Source of the DNA: Octopus bimaculoides
Taxonomy: Eukaryota
DNA length: 64,000 nt
Assembly: GCF_001194135.2 (NCBI RefSeq)
Contig: NC_069006.1
Location: 16,850,374-16,914,373, forward strand
Direction of reading: 5' to 3'
Shown: piece by piece, positions 51,453 through 64,000 of the stretch
Position numbering within the stretch: position 1 is the stretch's first letter
Layout: the number at the start of each line of letters is the position of its first letter
The notes under the pieces: model-generated
Seen by the model: the letters and a program-made list of their open reading frames with translations, nothing else
Databases searched by the model: none
What the model was told of the DNA's origin: nothing
Translations under genes and position numbers: made by a program

Positions 51453-52454
51453 NNNNNNNNNNNNNNNNNNNNNNNNNNNNNNNNNNNNNNNNNNNNNNNN
51501 NNNNNNNNNNNNNNNNNNNNNNNNNNNNNNNNNNNNNNNNNNNNNNNNNNNNNNNNNNNNNNNNNNNNNNNNNNNNNNNNNNNNNNNNNNNNNNNNNNNN
51601 NNNNNNNNNNNNNNNNNNNNNNNNNNNNNNNNNNNNNNNNNNNNNNNNNNNNNNNNNNNNNNNNNNNNNNNNNNNNNNNNNNNNNNNNNNNNNNNNNNNN
51701 NNNNNNNNNNNNNNNNNNNNNNNNNNNNNNNNNNNNNNNNNNNNNNNNNNNNNNNNNNNNNNNNNNNNNNNNNNNNNNNNNNNNNNNNNNNNNNNNNNNN
51801 NNNNNNNNNNNNNNNNNNNNNNNNNNNNNNNNNNNNNNNNNNNNNNNNNNNNNNNNNNNNNNNNNNNNNNNNNNNNNNNNNNNNNNNNNNNNNNNNNNNN
51901 NNNNNNNNNNNNNNNNNNNNNNNNNNNNNNNNNNNNNNNNNNNNNNNNNNNNNNNNNNNNNNNNNNNNNNNNNNNNNNNNNNNNCTCTGCTAGATCAGAT
52001 TGGAGTCTGGTGTAGCCATCCGCTTCGCCAGTCCCCAGCCAAATCGTCCAACCCATGCTAGTATGGAAAGCGGACGTTAAATGATAATGATAATACACAC
52101 ACAAACACACACACACACACATATTATTTTTTATTCTTGTTTCAGTCATTTGTCTGTAATCATGCTGGAACACTGCCTTGAAGGTTTTTAGTTCAACAAA
52201 CCAACCCCAGGATTTATTTTCTGAAGCCTAGTACTTATTGTATATTTTCACTTTTGCTGAACCACTAAGTTAAAGAGATGTAAACACACCCACAACAGTT
52301 GTGAAGCAGTGATCTGGGGGACAAATAGACACAAAGACATAGATATATATATACAATGGGCTTCTTCTAGTTTCCGTCTACTAAATCTACTCACAAGGCT
52401 CTGGTCAGCTGGAGGCTACAATACAAGACACTTGCCTATATAGATAGATACATA

Positions 52455-55400
52455 GGGCTGCTTTTAAGCTAGTATATAGCTTTTAAGCAACTGACCCCAA
52501 ATGGGAAGATCTGCAAACAGATCTCTGACTTGCTTTGGAGAATTTGTTGCAATTGCTTCCTCCAGAGTCATATCCCAGTGATAATCAGATTCGTCACAAA
52601 AACAAATCACGTAAAAAGAATCACCGGAAACAATCAGAGTAATGAAAACTTGGGAATCCCAAATTTCATGATTGTGGGTCTGTATTCAACCAGGAATGTT
52701 TTTAATTTACTCATGGAGTCAGCCTAATTCCAAAATGGTATATGTTGGACTACTGCCTTTAGGAGTAAAGTTCAAAAAGTGTGACACACTGACATTCACA
52801 TTTATGATATTATTACAGATTCTGCCGAGGTCGACTTTGCCTTTCATCCTTTTGGGGGCAATATAATTAGTACCAGTTACGTACTGGAGTTGATGTAATC
52901 GACTTAATCCCTTCCCCCAAAATATGAGGCCTTGTGCTTCCAGTAAAAAGGATTTATTAAAGTTGAAAAAGTGTAACACACTGACATTCTCATTTATTAT
53001 ATTAGATATGTTTAGTTTTGGGGAAACTTTATTTCAATTAAAGTGAATTTTATGTGTGTGTGCGTGTGTATGTATTAAAGCAAAATATAAAACAAAAGTG
53101 AAATCAAAATTGCTGATGTGGCTGATGACAGTACCACCTGATTGGCACTTGTGCCAGTGGAATGTTAAAAGCACGTCCAAACATGGGGTGTAATCGGCCC
53201 ACTTATGAGTATCCCTCATTCATTGGACAATGAACTTTGCTTGCAAAAACCTATTGAGACAAGTGAAAACAAATCAAAATCACTGGTGTGGCCAATGACA
53301 GTACCGCCTGATTGGCACTCGTGCCACTGGTACGTTAAAAGCACATCCGCGCATGATTGTTGCCAGGGCCACAGATTGGCTCCCGTGCTGGTGGCATGTG
53401 AAAAGCACCATTCGCATGTGATCGTTGCCAGAATTGCCCTACCGGCACATGAGAAAGACAACATTCAAGCTTGGTCATTTCCAGAGCCGCCAGACTGGCT
53501 CCTGTGCAGGTAGCACATAAAAAAACACCTTTCGAGCGTGGTCGTTGCCAGAACCTCCTGACTGGCCCTTGTGCCGGTGTCACGTAAACGCACCCGCTAC
53601 ACTCTTGGAGTGGTTGGCGTTAGGAAGGGCATCCAGCTGTTGAAACATTGCCAGATTGGATTGAGCCTGGTGCAGCCTCTGGCTCACCAGTTCTCAGTCA
53701 AACCATCCAACCCATGCCAGCATGGAAAGTGGACCTTAAACGATGATGATTGATAGTGTTCAGTTGGGGAAATAATTTATGAATTTTATAAGGCTTGAGT
53801 AGACAATCATATTGTTGGGTTTTGCTAATCTGGAAAGTGTGGTGTGTTATGTATGGAGTCATAGTTAGTCAATAATTGTTTGGGACTCAAGTGTTTTCTG
53901 TCTGAAGAAGGAAACCAATCCTTCTCTTTGCTGTTGTTTATTTTTAATTCATGCAGAAAGACATAGCATTACTATGTCAGTCCTGATTCAGAAATATTCT
54001 GAAGGTGGCGAGCTAGCAGAAACGTTAACGCATCGGGCGAAATGCTTAGCGGTATTTCGTCTGCCGTTACGTTCTGAGTTCAAATTCCGCCGAGGTCGAC
54101 TTTGCCTTTCATCCTTTCGAGGTCGATAGATTAAGTACCAGTTACGAATTGGGGGTCGATGTAATCGACTTAATTCCTTTGTCTGTCCTTGTTTGTCCCC
54201 CTCTATGTTTAGCCCCTTGTGGGCAATAAAGAAATAAGAAATATTCTATAGAATGGGTGTATTTTAAAGAAAATATGATTGAAGGAGAATTGGTTAATAC
54301 TTCTGGCAGGTCTAGCAACTATGTTGAGGATCTTATTTGTCTGTGTCAATGTTGTCATAATAATTGTATATACAAAATATTCAGTGTATGAATGAATAGA
54401 CATACGAGAAATAACAGCCAGATCTCTCTTATCAACAAAAGAGGACATATTACTGTAAAAACCGATGTAATTTATGCACTTTTTTTTGCAAAAATAGAAA
54501 TAAACGTTAGTGGGTACATGAGCAGATCATTTCCAGAATGTTTTAGAAATTATTTTTGTGGAAAAAAGACATAGAAAACGTAAACATTCATACTGGAAAT
54601 TGACTCATTTAATGTCAGAGTAGGTTTTTACAGAAAAAATAATGGCTTAATTATGATGAAGTTGACTTTTATTTATGCTGGACAATAGAATGCTTACTTT
54701 TTCTGTATAAATTTACTAAAACCATTAAATGGTTAACTACTTTTTGAAGTCTGATGTCCATGTTGGTAAACACAGTCTAGGCCATATTTTACATTGCTTT
54801 GAATTTCTACCTATTGCAATGGAGCACCATTGACATAGATAGTGATATGGATATTCCTGACTGAAAAAAATGTAATGCTATGGATAATCTTGATTGTATG
54901 GTTTTATTTTTGTCTGTTTATTACTAGGCACAGTTTTAAGTTTGTCATACTGTTTATCCCAATTTCGAACATTGGCCTCATTAACATTAAAATGCCTTCT
55001 GGCAGCTTTATTGCCATGTTCAATGTGCATATTCAGCATATTTAATTTCTCCTTTGCAGTAAACGATTCATAAGATCTGTCCATACTGACAATAATGGTA
55101 ATGAGAAATTTTAAAGTTTGCTTGACATTTTACAAGTGTGAAAGGGGTTAAAATTTCGATACCCCGTATCAAAGGTTCCGACAAGAATGGGCAGAAAAGA
55201 ATTCTGTTTACATAATCAGTTTGATTGGTCACCTTCCTCTGTCAGTTAAGTATAGTGTCATCCAAACTGATGTTTATTGGTAATTAAGCTTAATTTGCAA
55301 CATCTGTGCATATTTATCAGCTTTGGTAATTCTTAACAACTTTTCCTGTGATCGCGTAAAAGAGTGATGGTAATGATATATAACATCAACTCTCTGGAAT

Positions 55401-55959
55401 TGTTTACAATTGCAACTAGGGGAATCAGCTTTAAAGAAATACATTTGTGCTCCAGTGTACTCAGCGTGGCCTTCATTTTTGACGATGGTAATGTGAAATC
55501 TAGTTGTTATATCCAGTAAGTTGAGCCACTGCATGGCTTGTAATTTTGTGTATCGATTTTACTTGGTGCATAGTCACCGTGTGTATAGCTATATAGCAGA
55601 GGGAACATCTTAAGTCAGTGTCCTCCAGAAAGTGTTGTGCACCCTACTAACTTCTCCTGTATAACTAAATCTGTGGTATGGGAGTTTAACTGAAAAATAT
55701 CTACGAAACATGTGCCTGTGAGATAATTTGTTACTGATAAAGGGTAGGTGCAGGCATGGTTAAGACCATGTAGTATTTGGATTCCCATGTTTTCATTACT
55801 GCGATTGTTTTCAGTGATTTTTTTTGCGATGAATATGATCATCATTGGAATATGACTCTGGAGGGAGCAATTGCAACAAATTTTTCCAGAGATCTGTTTG
55901 CAGATCTTCCCATTCAGGGTCAGTTACTTAAAAGCTGTATAGTAGCTTAAAAGTCACCC
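52455..55959. mobile_element. ~3.5-kb DNA element with ~200-bp TIRs, interrupted by SINEs
   Basis: 52455-52680 and 55780-55959 are reverse complements (gggctgcttttaagcta..gggaagatctgcaaacagatctct..ctccagagtcatat..gggaatcc). An internal minus-strand ORF 54878-55084 (YESFTAKEKL...HGNKAARRHFNVNEANVRNWDKQ) is Brinker/pogo-type HTH-like. Confidence 0.6.
54007..54240 (+). mobile_element. tRNA-derived SINE (family B), representative copy
   Basis: ggcgagctagcagaaacg...gagttcaaattcc (B-box)...ggtcgactttgcctttcatcc...gtgggcaataaag. Other copies at about 13375-13567 (-), 18754-18955, 18994-19202, 52820-52960, 59985-60185 (-), 3460-3610 (-). Confidence 0.85.
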
Positions 55960-58008
55960 GATAATGTCTCATGCTGTGGATATGTGTCTGATTACTACTA
56001 CTGCTTACCACACTGTGAATATGTCTTGCTACTACTGCCATTACACATTTTAGATGTACCTGTTTGACAACTACTATTACAACAATTTTTAAGTGTGCTT
56101 AACTACTTGTGTTGATGTGTTTGACTACTACTACTACAACTACTACTACACATGACACTGTTACATGTGCCTGTCTAGCTACTTCTGCACACCACATTAG
56201 AGTGTATTGTAACACATGTTAGTTTTCTGGTTGGCTGTATTGCTAGAGATGATCAGATGGAGCAAGGATCACAGATGTGATGGCTTAAGTCCTTCATAAG
56301 TGTTCTGCACTTATTTTTCGTCTAAATCTAATTTTTCCAATTACAACTATATTGTTTTATTCAGTGTTCACCTAAGGAATCATCAGATCTTTTTTGTTTT
56401 CTTCCAACCACAAATCTGAATCTGAAAAAAAAAAAAAAAAAAATGTGCTTTTGATATAGTTTTGCATGCCATGACAACAAACCGTTTCATGTTCCACTTT
56501 GAAGATGCTGGACTTGTTTCATTGGCTAAAATCACACAACTTTAAATACAGCTATCTTGTTAATTATTTTTTGAAAAAAATGAGTGCAATTATTGTCATC
56601 AGTATGCATAACTACATCTGTGTGGAAAATCTGAAAACAATTCATTGGTGATTGAAAAATTTTCAAGTGGTTGGATGAAAATGAAAAAGATCTGAGTCTT
56701 CCGCTTTTGGTTCTATATTGCGAAACTGAGATGGATGAGGGTTTTCATGGATTAATATCAATATATGTCGTTTGTCTGTTCTACCATCTCCTTTTAACCT
56801 TTTTTTTAACTGTATTCATGAATTTCAATTAATTTTGAAATGATGAAACCTTTGAAACAATTTATTAAGAACCAAAACACTTTCTGCTGTTAAGCTGGAA
56901 TTTAGAACATAGCTTGACAAAAATGGTTCTTGCATAAAATTATGCTGGAAGTTTTAATTTAGATATGAATGTTTTGAAGTGAGGTTTCCTATTATTGAAT
57001 CAGAGTTGATCTCCAGAAGTTTGGGAGTTAGGCTATCTTTAGAGTTACAAAAAATAGCATATCACTGTTGGTAACCATTTCCTTGACTGTGTCTTCTGGA
57101 GTAGCTATGGTATAATAGATTAGTCTACTCATCAGTCAGTCTGTGTAGAATTGCCTCAGTTGCACTTTTATATTCATTTCAGTACTGTTTTTATATTTCT
57201 TGTTTGTTTTAATTTATTATTTACCTGCTTTATGTTTTAATTTGCTTATATGGGTAGTATTTTATTTTTGAAGTGATGAGTCATTGAATAAATGGTTACA
57301 CAGCTCTATTTTGGCTGCTCACAGCTAAAAATGATGTCTGCTTGGTTGGTTGGTTGGGGTATCTTGTACAGCTGCTTGTCTTGATTCTACTAGACATCTG
57401 TTTATAAGCTACTCTGCCACCATGTAATGTTCTGTGAAACTGAAATGATCTGTCAGCTTGTGTTTCTCCTGATTACTCCTCTTCAGCTTAAGTAGTCTTT
57501 TGTCTCTGAGAGGGAGAAATGTGAGTTTTTGCATAATATCAAATCTTTCAATTTATTTGAGAAAGATATGACATTTCTGCATGTATCAAAAGCAGTAGCT
57601 AGCAGTTCCAACTGGGAACTGAACTCAATTTACTGGCTCATTTCAGCAAGAATTCCTATCACTCTTGTAATTTTAGTGTTCCTAGCAGGTTGACAAAAAT
57701 AGTCCCAATACAAGTTAATTTTTCACTGATTTTAATCATTAGACTGCGGTCATGTTGGGGCCTTATCTTGAAGGGTACAGTTTATTCCATTAACTTCATT
57801 GTGTGGCTGCTAGGTATTGTATTATATCTAAAAGGATGGGTGGAATTTGTGCACTGAATGCAAAGGGACATAACCAAATCCCAGAAAGTATTTCTTAACT
57901 ATTCTACATTATTTGTAGTTCATTTACTGTCCTTCTCAATTGTTCTTTTTGATCAAGTCTTTAGTTGATTGATGATTCAGTGGGAGCCAGGTGGTTAGGT
58001 TGCCAGTG

Positions 58009-58859
58009 TTAAGGTGGTATCAAAAAGTTCCCGGTTTAGTTCTGTAGTGTGCCAACAGATGGCGGCACATGGTTGTGCGTGCAGTGAGAGCTAGCAGTGA
58101 CCTTCATAGGGCAGTGTACCGAGTGACATCGCTATGTTTACTTTGCAAGTTGTGAAATTTGTGTTCTTGTGATGATGTGTATGCTGTAGTCTGTGATTTT
58201 TGTCATGGACAGGAAGTTGGAACGAAGAGCCAATGTGAAATTTTGCATTAAACTTTAGAAGGCTACTACAGAGACATTGAGCATGCTTTGGCAATGAGGC
58301 AATGGGTCATATGCAATGTTTTGAGTGGCATGGGTGCTTCAAAACTGGAAGAATATCCCTGGAAGATCTGCTATGGGCGTCACCCTTCATCATCTTGTGC
58401 ATAAGGATTGTTGGTGGACAATAAGGGAGGACATTCGATGAAAGTGACTGGATCTGTTTTGCACAAAGAATCAGCTTCTTCATGACAATGCATCTTGTCA
58501 CCAAGCTCTCCTCGCTTATGAGTTTCTTGCCAAAAACAACATGGTATCACTTCCACACCCACCCTATTTAGTACTACATTTAGCACCTATGGACTTCCAT
58601 CTCTTCCTCAAGATGAAAATGCAGCTCAAAGGTCACCATTTTAACACCATTGTCAAGATCCATAGCGAATCGCAGAAGGCTCTTGACTTGCTTACAGAAA
58701 ACAACTTCCAGGCCAGATTTCAAAAGTTCTAGGAATGCTAGGACTGGTATATGGCTGTGCAAGGTGACTATTTCACAGGAGATCATGTTAAAATTTAGGT
58801 AAAAATGTTATTTCTTATTAAAAATAACTAGTCCAGGAAATTTTTGATACCATCTCATA
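58009..58859 (+). mobile_element. Internally deleted, decayed mariner element
   Basis: TIRs ggtggtatcaaaaagttcccgg / ccaggaaatttttgataccatct. Remnants RANVKFCIKL, HDNA, HPPY..LAPMDFHLF.KMK.QLKG. Confidence 0.85.
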
Positions 58860-59609
58860 CATAGTTTAATGTAGATTTGTGATCTGGAATACCAGTTGTA
58901 CCTCTTTCAGCTGTATTGTTGGGAGTTATTTTAGATCAGACACTAAATACACATACTGGAAGAGGACAAGAATGGATAAGAAGTTTACTTAGAAAGGGAG
59001 CACAGGGTCAGAGAGAGGAGTAGAGAGTAGATGAGGTAGGCTGAGAGGTTAGTGGTTCATACATACAGCATTGTGTTTATAGTCAGTTTATTTGGTTGTA
59101 AATGTTTCACAAGATATGTATGACACTGTTGCTGTATGAGTCTTAAACAAATTTTTCCCAAATTAGCTTTTCTTATGTATTATGTCTGAAGCCGGTTTGA
59201 GAAACAGTCTTGATTTCTTGCAGAGAATTAAAAAAAAAAAAATAAAAATAAAAATCAGTAATTTTGGAAAATTGCTTGAGTGCAGTGTCAGACATTTGAC
59301 ATTACCAAACATCATTAGCTTAGATTCTATTGCAACTAATAACGGTAGATATTGCAGTGTCAGACTAATATTGTGGTATAATTATTTTATTACCTACCTT
59401 ACCAGCCACACTAATGCAGGCCAAAGTGGAAATCTTAAGTCACTTCATCTGCTAGAAATAGCTGCCAAATCTCTGTCAGTCTTAATACTTCTGTCTCTAA
59501 AAAGAATATATTAATGTAGTCTGTGATACATTAATTTTGAAATTAAAAATAGTTAGGTCGAGGTTTGAGTACCTTTTTAATCCTTCAATTGTGAATCTAA
59601 ATTTCTTGG

Positions 59610-59950
59610 TTCGCCTTCCTGGCACTTGTGCCGGTGGCACGTGTAAAGACATTCGAGTGAGCTCGTTGCCAGTGCCGCTGGACTGGCTCCTGTGCAGGTG
59701 ACACGTAAAATACACCATTTTGAGCGTGGCCGTTGCCAGTCCCGCCTGATTGGCCTTCGTGCTGGTGGCACGTAAAAGCACCCACTACACTCTCGGAGTG
59801 GTTGGCGTTAGGAAGGGCATCCAGCTGTAGAAACTCTGCCAAATCAGATTGGAGCCTGGTGTAACCATCTGGTTTCACCAGTCCTTAGTCAAATCGTCCA
59901 ACCCATGCTAGCATGGAAAGCGGACGTTAAACGATGATGATGATGATGAT
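59610..59950 (+). mobile_element. LINE-tailed SINE (family C) ending in ttaaac(gat)n, with internal ~60-70 bp subrepeats
   Basis: ...ttaggaagggcatccagctgtagaaactctgcc...cccatgctagcatggaaagcggacgttaaacgatgatgat. More than 12 copies, e.g. 10050-10235, 10338-10495, 15713-15870, 22857-23110, 30243-30510, 33867-34180, 42640-42990 (all -) and 53100-53750, 62330-62760 (+). Confidence 0.85.
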
Positions 59951-60499
59951 GATTCCAGTAATGATGTTAACTACTGATTTCAGATTTTAGCACAAGGCTA
60001 GCAATTTCAGGGGAGAGGTTAAGTCAATTATATTGATCTCTTTGTTCAACTGTTACTTTATTGACCCTAAAAGGATGAAAAGCAAAGTCAACTTCAGTGG
60101 AGTTTGAAATCAGAATATGAAGGACAGTTGAAATACCACTGAGCATTTTGCTCCATATGCTAACAATTGTGTCAGCTCACCACCGTATCATCATCATTGT
60201 TTAATGTCTGTTTTCCATGCTGGCATGGGTTGGACGGTTTGGCTGGGGTCTGGGAAGCAATAGTTTCTCCTACTAAATCCGCTGCTTCACCATTGTAAGT
60301 GTGCACCTGCCTAGTCTAAGTAGCATCTTGATAAATATGGTTAGAGGTGGAAGCACATTAATCTGTTTAAAAGAAACTGGAAAATTTGTTGAGTGAGATG
60401 ACTATGATTTCACTTGATTCAACAGTTCTTCTCAAGCACAGCATATTGTCCAACGATTGAAGGGAACTTTTAAATGGGTCAGTTATGTGACACTGGCAT

Positions 60500-60765
60500 T
60501 GGCTACAGCTATGATCTCACTTGGCTTGCTGGGTACTTCTCAAGCACAGCACATCTCCAAAGGTCTTGCTCACTTGTCATTGCCTCTGTGAGGCCCAATG
60601 TTTGAAGTTCATGCTTCACCACCTCGTCCCATGTCTTTGTGGGTCTACCTCTTGCACAGGTTCCCTCCACTGTTAGGCTGCGACACTTCTTAACACAGCT
60701 GTCCTCATCCATATGCAACACATAACCATACCAGCACAGTCGTCTCTCTTACACACCACATCTGT
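60500..60765 (-). mobile_element. RTE-type LINE ORF2 C-terminal fragment
   Basis: LHMDEDSCVKKCRSLTVEGTCARGRPTKTWDEVVKHELQTLGLTEAMT..DLWR. Confidence 0.8.
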
Positions 60766-63315
60766 CAACAGTAATGCTTATTGATTCATGTTTTGAATTA
60801 ATCATGCATTAACTTTTAGCTTTGAGTTTTTGAGTTTGATGAGGTAACTGTTTTTAGAATGATAATGTAGGGTTGGTGTAAGATGCCAGGTCTAGTCAGT
60901 TTGAGCATAAACAGAATATTTATCCCAGATATGGCTGGTTTAAATGCCAAAGGGTTAAAGTGCTTGGGTGGTTCAACAAATGGTCTTTTATGCTTGCTAA
61001 AGATTATTCAGACTTTTTCTCAGAAACTAATACAATTGAAATAGACAAGCCATCTTGGAAACAAATCAACCAACAGAAAATAACTTTCTTTATGGAAAAA
61101 TTATAGAAGAAACAGTATCGAAATTAGTTTCTTTTGATGGGTTTTCCATGGATGTTGTAGTTAATTACTTTTATTGGAAAGCTAGTGGTTTTACCAAAGA
61201 AGGATTCTCATTTAATGGAGATGATTCACTGCCTATATGATTTAAAAGGAAAAAGTAATTAGTGAGATGTTTAAAAGAAAGAACTTTGAACAATTCTTCT
61301 GTTGAATGTACATATTCATGTAATTGTAGATAAGTATTTACTAATCTGGTAAATTCTGGAATTTAGGATTGCTCAGGAGTTGTGGTGGATTACCTACTGA
61401 AAAAAATTTAAAACTTTTAAAAATGAATCTTTCTGTATTCAACCTTGATTTAGGGGAGAAAAATAAATATAGTTGCTGTCATAATGCTTTATGAGAAAAC
61501 TCGGATCATAAATGTGATGACACCAGCAATGACAAGTTTGAAACTGATAAGAATATATATACATACATACATACATACATATACAATGGACTTCTTTCAG
61601 TTTCCATCTACCAGGTCCACCCACAAGCCTTTGCCCGAGGTGCCATGTAGTGGCACTGAACCTGAGACCATATGGTTGGGAAGCAAACTTCTTACTACAC
61701 AGCTATGTCTGCTCCTACATAAAATATATTTTATGTTTGTTTGTTCTAAACACCAGGTTAATGATGACAGTTATTTTCAAAATTGAACCAAAGGCAATCA
61801 TTTTCAAAAGTAATATAGCAATAAAAAGGTTAAATTATATTTTTAAAAATCTAGTGCACACAAGTGTCTGCAGCATACAGTTATTAGTATAGAGATTATT
61901 TTGTGCATTACTTTCTCTCACTCATTCTTCCTCTATATATTTTAACATGTTTTTCTTAGTAAATTTCTCTTCTCTTCTGTCTCTCCACTTTTCCTTTTTT
62001 ATGTCTCTTTCTTTCCTTTTCTCTACTTGCTTTCTGTTTGTCTCCCCAACTTTTAATGCATACCTTGTTTCTCATTTATTTACATGTAAATACTATTTAT
62101 TATCTGTCGTATATTTATTTGAATGTTAGAATTTTAGTATTTGTCAGTCTTATTTTGATCAAATTAAAAATTAGGTCAAAATAAGGCCTACAAAACTGTT
62201 TATAATTTAAAATAGTAATTTTTAAGCAATAATGTTGAAACTTGGGGAAAACTGCTGTGAAAATCCACCTTTCGTCTATTTCTCTGGTGTTGATAAGTAC
62301 TGCAGTTGATTTCATCATCACTAATTCGATGACTGGCACCCGTGCCAGTGGAGCGCTAACAGCACCATCCGAGCGTGATCATTGCCAGAGCAGCTGTCTG
62401 GCTTCTGTGCTGGTGGCACGTAAATAGCACCATTTGAGTGTGATCGTTACCAGTGTCTCCTTACTGGCACTTGTGCTGGTGGCACGTGAAAAAGAACATC
62501 CAAGCGAGGTTGTTGCCAGTGCCACCGGACTGGCTCCTGTGCAGGTGGCACGTAAAAAACACCATTTGAGTGTAGCCCGTGCCAGTGGCATGTAAAAGCA
62601 CCCACTACACTCTTCGAGTGGTTGGCGTTAGGAAGGGCATCCAGCTGTAGAAACTCTGTCAGATCAGATTGGAGCCTGGTGCAGCCATCTGGTTCGCCAG
62701 TCCTCAGTCAAATCGTCCAACCCATGCTAGCATGGAAAGCGGATGTTAAACGATGATGATAATGATAATCTCCTCCCATAAATTTCAGGCCTTGTTTCTA
62801 TTTTAGAAACAATTAATTCTACTTTTGTCTAATGAGTACATATGCATACGCAATTTCTTTCATATATTTAGTGATGTGGTTCAATAGTTGAATATACTGT
62901 TGCCACTCTAATATTATCCTAATGTTTTGTGTTAAGTGTTGGAAATCTACATTAAATATAAGGTTATGAAATGCTTTTCATGCCACTTATATTTCAAATT
63001 CCTATATATTTGAGCATGAAAATTATAAGATATGGGGTGTGTTTTAGAAAGTTGCTATAATGTCAGTTGGAAAACAACTCAGTGGCTTACGCTGATATTT
63101 CAGTGAAACTTAACATCCTACAGATATGTGGGGGATTGAAGGATGTGGTGGAGACATATGCAAATTGATAACATATTACTAATTATCCCCATGTGACTAT
63201 TGTTGTTGATATATTTCATTGCATATAAATGTATTTTATATAGTGTATATATTTATGTGTATGTATTTTAATTTTTTAAAAATTAATTTTTCAGCCCTAA
63301 ATCAAACACTTCAAG

Positions 63316-63468
63316 ATGATGATGCCTGTGTCATTGCCGCCTATGACAGGGCCGCCTCCACAACTCCCCAATATGAACCACCCTCCACCCAACATGCCTC
63401 CTCGATTCAATATGCCACCTCCCATGGCCATGTCTCAAGGACCTGGCATCATGCTTCCTCAAGGTTCC

Positions 63469-63500
<32 letters not shown>

Positions 63501-63639
63501 ACAGCAATTACAACAGCGTAGCTACATGCAACAGAAAATGATGGCCAGCCAAGGGATTATGTTTGATGGCAAACGGATGAGGAAAGCTGTCCACAGAAAA
63601 ACTGTGGATTATAATTCAGCTGTTGTGAAGTATCTTGAG
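63316..63639 (+). CDS. WDR33: Pre-mRNA 3'-end processing factor WDR33, first coding exon (partial gene, continues beyond the window)
   Basis: Acceptor tttttcag ends at 63294 and ATG is at 63316. The exon ends [26 protein letters not shown]|gtatt, the diagnostic WDR33 N-terminal motif (human [26 protein letters not shown]). Confidence 0.93.
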
Positions 63640-64000
63640 GTATTATTTAATTTCTTTATACTATGATTGTATTGTATTAGGTACAGGTGTGGCTGTGTGG
63701 TAAGAAGTTTGCTTCCCAACCACATGGTTACAGATTCAATCCCACTGCATGGCAACCTTGGGCCAACCAAAGCCTTGTGAATAGATTTAGTAGACAGAAA
63801 CTGAAAGAAGCCTGTCATGCACAATGGGACTGAACCCAAGACCATGTGGTTGTAAAGTGAGTTCTTAACCACACAGCCATGTAAAATTTGTATTGACTGG
63901 GACTTCCGAGTTTCTCCCAACAGCTTATTTAACCTGAGAAGGAAGAATTTTGGCGTTCATATGAGAAAACAGAGATAAAAGTCTTGTTTAAAAAAAAGTA

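Noticed and set aside
1-64000. CRISPR arrays, rRNA genes, prokaryotic operons
   Set aside because: None seen. The sequence is intron-rich animal DNA, and the repeated units are SINEs and microsatellites without unique spacers.

Overview
AT-rich, microsatellite-laden animal genomic DNA with 11 N-gaps. The SINE families and repeat load suggest an octopus or other coleoid cephalopod scaffold (inference). Three protein-coding genes were reconstructed by hand with consistent GT-AG phases: a complete 12-exon class I GLUT/SLC2A sugar transporter (+, 8397-31197, 523 aa), a complete 5-exon C3orf33 homolog (-, 35197-40611, 239 aa), and the first coding exon of WDR33 (+, from 63316, running out of the window). 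The rest is mostly mobile DNA: three tRNA- or LINE-tailed SINE families, RTE, Tx1/L1 and R4/Dong-type LINE remnants, mariner/Tc1/pogo and piggyBac-like DNA elements, a Helitron fragment and several Penelope-like element (PLE) termini. The main discovery signal is non-coding: 8 type I hammerhead-ribozyme-like motifs (CUGANGA...GAAA...UH cores) from about 6 sequence-unrelated repeat families. They include (i) a near-intact minimal hammerhead inside a tRNA-headed, TSD-flanked element at 33310-33668 and (ii) a family with a 63-65 nt insertion in stem II that contains a competing helix. All RNA structures were read by eye; no folding, covariance search or cleavage assay was run.
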